Source of the DNA: Mytilus californianus
Taxonomy: Eukaryota
Reading direction: 5' to 3'
Length of the DNA: 64,000 nt
NCBI RefSeq assembly: GCF_021869535.1
Contig: NW_026262701.1
Span: 10,354,001 to 10,418,000, forward strand
Shown: in pieces, positions 59,801-64,000 of the stretch
Layout: the number at the start of each line of letters is the position of its first letter
How positions within the stretch are numbered: position 1 is the first letter of the stretch
Program-made: the position numbers and the translations under genes
Notes under the pieces: generated by a model
What the model saw: the letters and a program-made list of their open reading frames with translations, nothing else
Databases searched by the model: none
Told to the model about the DNA's origin: nothing

Positions 59801-61994
59801 TTATATTTTCTTCCTTTTTTCCTCGGGTTGTCAGTTTTACATCTAAAGAGTTTTCCATTTGAATCTCCGAAAAGCTGTACATATGTAAGTAACTGTTTGT
59901 TTAAAAACTTTCCGCTGAAAATTTGTTCTATTATCATTCGATAACAGATGTTTTTGTGGTTGCCCGATACTCGTCAACCAGTTTTTGGTTTATGTCATTA
60001 CGTTAAGCGATTCACAAAATGTATCACTGTACTTTTACTGTTCATGAGCAACACGTCGGGTGCTTCTAGTTGATCAATCATATGTTGCCCTTTCGCAACA
60101 CCTTTGTTCCATTCTAGGTTTCGTTTAGTGGGGTTCAAGATATTTTTGTAAGGTTTTATTTTCCTACATGTATGTGTGTGTTAAATTTTTTTCAAAATTC
60201 GAATCAACACTTTATAAATTTGAATCATAGGAAGAGCTTTTCTTGGTATACGTTTATCAGGTTTATCTTGAAATTGTCGTATGTTTTCTATGTCATGAAC
60301 ATTTCGTATTGTCATTTCGTATCGTCATTTCGTATCGTCATTTCACTTTCGGTCGTGGAAACTTTAAATGTACCGATTGTTTATGAATATGGTAATATCT
60401 TATGGTTAGACAAATGACAAATCTACAAAACTTTTATTGCAGGAAAGCTTTTTTCCGACGTCGACGTATCAAATAGTTTGAAAATCACTATGACTGACAC
60501 TAGCAACAAAATGACTGTTATCGCTTTTGATTTTTGATAAGGCTCGTTTTGCTAAATCTTAAGTTGTCAGTGTGGTGATTTACAAAATTGAATTTGCTCT
60601 TTCAAATATTTTGTCTGAAATTTAGTCAATAAATGTTATATCTGGAAATTTACAATTGGGAACGTTATGTTTGTAAAAAGCCTAATTGGCCGAGTGGTTT
60701 AACCAAGCATGTGTTCAAATTCTGGTGATAGAGAGTCAAAAACCTGCTATCAAAAATATGCCTAAATGAAATTTTAAAGCATATTTTAAGACTTAATATT
60801 AAAGAAAGAATATTTCATTTGTAATTTTAACCATGTGAATCCCTCAGTTGTCAAATATAAGTCTCATTGCCAATCATACCACATATTCTTGTTTTATATA
60901 TAAGATAAAAATATAGTTATGTGACTAAATGATGAGTATTATAAACCCATAATGGCTGATACAAAATTCTGATCTGCAAGGTATGCCATCTAGGAGGACA
61001 TGCAACCATACATCATGTATTATGATATAACCCTGGATAAAACCGACGAAACATCATCGGACTAACAAAAACTATATGTAGCATAGTTGGCCTAGTGGTT
61101 TAGTGTTTTGTAGACAGCAAATGTCACGATGTTACAAGATCTTATAAGATGAATAGTTCAAGTCACAGAGAGCGAGTCCAAAAATTTGCTGCCGAAAATT
61201 TGCATGCATCTAAAATCGTTGGGCTAAATTTCAGATGAAGTTAATATACTTGATGATGTAAACCTGTATATTCAATGGTTATCCGATGGCAAATACGTGT
61301 CGCACAGTTGTCGCAAAAAGCTTTTTATATATCTGTATATGATTACACAAATACGCGTTAACTATGACAGACGGTTTAAATTTTGTCGAAAATCATATCT
61401 TATAAAATTCTCAAAACAATAGCCCAGACAAAATTATAATGTAAAATGTGTTGTTTTTTTTGTTTTTTTTTAATTCTAATAAATTTTATTTTAATTATCA
61501 GTCTCACTTGGTGCTGACAGTCTCATTTGGTGCTGAAAAAGAAATATTAAATAAGTAATATCAAGAAAAAAACATTGTTCTTCTAGATTATAGGGCTCTA
61601 TAATTGTTGCTTAAGGTCCAATTAAATCGAATAAATAATAAATATAACAGTATCAACTTTAAACAAAGAAGTTCTCATTGAATTTAAGTTTGCTTAAATC
61701 TGGAAAAAAGTTCTTAAACATGCATAGCGCCAGGCATAATCGTCATAAAGAGTCATCACCTCAGAGGAACCCCTTGTTTCAAAATTTCAAACCCTTTGTT
61801 CGTGTACTCCTCATAATACATCTAGTTTTCGTTCGAAACAAATCTTAAATATTAATGTCATTAAATACTTATGTATTTGGAATGTTATATTCCTTTCGGT
61901 AAACACAAGAATTTGTGTTGATTTTCTGCTATACTTGTTTCTTTGTAAGGAAGATTTATGATAAAACCCATGATTATGTTCCTTGTATGGTTCT

Positions 61995-62283
61995 GTTTAA
62001 CCCCGCCGCATTTGTGTGCCTGTCCCAAGTCAGGAGCCCCTGGCCTTTGTTAGTCTTGTATGCTTTTTTTTAATTTTAGTTCATTAATGTGTTTTGGAGT
62101 TTAGTGTGACGTCCATTTTCACTGAAATAGTACAATTTTTGTTGAAGGGGCCAGCTGAAGCCCGCCTCCGGGTGCGGGATTTTCTCGCTATGTTGAAGAC
62201 CCATTAGTTGCCTTGGGCAGTTTTTTGTTCTTTGGTCGGGTTGTTGTCTCTTTGACACATTCCCCACTTCCATTCTCAGTTTT
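61995..62283 (-). repeat. Interspersed repeat family 2
   Basis: It is the reverse complement of 777-1070. Confidence 0.8.
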
Positions 62284-63224
62284 AATAACAAATAATAGCT
62301 CATTCTGTCAAAATGATTTGAATTGAAGTGATAAATGAGAAAACAGTCTGTTGAATCTAGTTTACTTACCCTTCCGGAGCACCTGAGAACCCCTAGTTTT
62401 TGGTGAGGTTCGTGTTGCTCAGTTTTTGGTTTTTTTTCTACGTTGTGTTTTGTGTACTGTTGTTTTTATGTTGTTAATTGTTTTGTTTTTCTTTTTAGCC
62501 ATGGCGTTATCAGTTTATTTTCGACTTATGAGTTTGAATGTCGCTTTTGGTATCTTTCGCCTCTCTTTTAAAAAAAACAAATTTTACTAGCATTAACCAT
62601 GTTTACATTATTAACGTACCATTATTAAGCATTTGACATTAATGATAATTTCACAGTATTCCAGCATTGAATATGAGCAGCAAAAACAGAAGAAAAAAAA
62701 TCAAAACAAACCAAAACATGGACGTCTTTGTATACGACATTTTGACGCGAATTATATTTTTAGTCGTTTTTTTTTTTAAATAAATTATATTAAAGAGAAA
62801 CTTCATCGAATGAGACATTTTCTACAGGTTTCACAGTTTGGATTTCGTTTCTTACAAAAAGTTGATGGACATTAGAGAAAATCAGAATATAAAAAAACCT
62901 GATACCCGACATATTCAGTAAATTGTATTATCTGGAGGATACTATAAATATTGAATCATTCCAATTGTGAAACTCAAGGGTTCCAAAAAGTGGCAACATC
63001 TAACCGATTCTGACTAATATATACATTAGATTGATCTTACCTTCCGATGTGAGTTGATATTGACCAAATATTTGTTTTAGGCGTGCACCTTAATTTTTAA
63101 TTTTGATTTCTGTTTGAGACTTTTCGATATCTGAAATCGATGATTTGTCCATACATGTATCCTTTACCACAATTCTAAAAATATTAACTCTGTAAAATTC
63201 ATATCTACCTTTGTCTGATACATG

Positions 63225-63273
63225 TTAAGGTGTTATACATGGACATGAACCACGGCAACCATAATCTTGACGA
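63225..63273 (-). CDS. Paralogous Kazal-like peptide gene (copy C), last coding exon (xRQDYGCRGSCPCITP*); upstream exons are beyond the window end
   Basis: It has the same acceptor (tttattacag), the same frame, three conserved Cys, an in-frame 3-nt indel and the same CCT-TAA end as 19737-19686, and it sits in a duplicated flank. Its functional status cannot be judged without the upstream exons. Confidence 0.75.
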
Positions 63274-63421
63274 CTGTAATAAAAAGTATAAAATGTCCCT
63301 TTAACGTCTGTCATGGACTATTTTCAGGAAGATCATTCAATTCTTAAAAGTAACAGGTACTTAGCTGATCAATCTTACGGCTTTTCCTTAAATTTACGAG
63401 CAAAAAGAGCAAGTAAAACTG

Positions 63422-63423
63422 CA

Positions 63424-63458
<35 letters not shown>

Positions 63459-63465
63459 GTATATA
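63422..63465. repeat. (AT)n microsatellite
   Basis: atatatatatatatatatacatatatatatatatatgtatata. Confidence 0.9.
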
Positions 63466-64000
63466 GCAAAAATGTTAACAGTATTTTCCGAAGTAAAGGA
63501 AATTCGGTGTCCTTCAGATAGTAGTACAAATGTAGAGGATGCATGTAAATATCGGAAAAGCCATTTTATAGTATGATTTTCTTAAAAAGTTCTTGATATT
63601 GCAACTAAATTTTCCGTTTTATTAATTTAACTTAACTTTTACAAGTATTTATACGTGTCATCGAATTCGTTTATGATGTGAAACATATTTAAATGAATTT
63701 ATGATTCCAAAAACATTCAGAAATGAGACATTTCAATGCACACTGTATATACAAAGCCATGTTAACACTTGCCTTTTAGGCGCTTATTCAAAGTGTGCGG
63801 AAAAATATCTGTTTTAAAACATAATCTGCTTCGATAATCACCTTCCAATATTTATTTGTAAACCGGAACAATCTTTATTAAAAATTTGTTGGACAGGTTT
63901 TTAAGAAATGATTTTTCTACATATATTTAAAAATGTGTTTTTCTGTTTACAGGATTTCTATTTGCTAATCTCGGGAAATAAAATGTCATATTTAGTTCCT

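Larger units (their letters stand above)
52126..64000. repeat. Segmental duplication, copy C (runs off the window end)
   Basis: It is colinear with B 11570-21750 and is interrupted by a copy-specific ~5-kb block (~54760-59890). Confidence 0.85.

Overview
This is an AT-rich, repeat-dense eukaryotic window. The repeat families, the Penelope-like RT remnants and the hammerhead-bearing ~350-nt repeats point to a bivalve, most likely Mytilus (inference). Most ORFs in the supplied track are spurious or are transposon debris. The real gene content is small and spliced. (1) A complete minus-strand, 3-coding-exon gene, join(25681-25636, 23267-23162, 19737-19686), encodes a 67-aa secreted peptide with 10 Cys and Kazal spacing: MKFALLMLVFLAIATDNVSS-QCPNCNCFPTGQYVCSSCGVTFNNECYMRCHLQNYGCRGQCPCPENP. 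(2) A diverged paralogous last coding exon lies at 63273-63225, and its upstream exons lie beyond the window. (3) A third, partial copy of the locus (~240-5830) keeps the flanks but lacks all coding exons. (4) A plus-strand signal-peptide exon (31182-31227) has the same 46-nt, phase-1 architecture and may start a different small secreted peptide. The three segmental copies (A ~0.24-5.8 kb, B ~11.6-28.9 kb, C ~52.1->64 kb) differ by copy-specific insertions: a Kolobok-like MITE, a TIR element, a decayed Crypton-type tyrosine-recombinase element and short interspersed repeats. Between copies B and C lie a 5.7-kb array of Helentron-associated (HINE-like) modules rich in RFX X-box-like motifs, retrozyme-like hammerhead repeats and several Penelope-like RT fragments. 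All coordinates and alignments were read by eye. Exon edges were counted exactly, while repeat edges are approximate.
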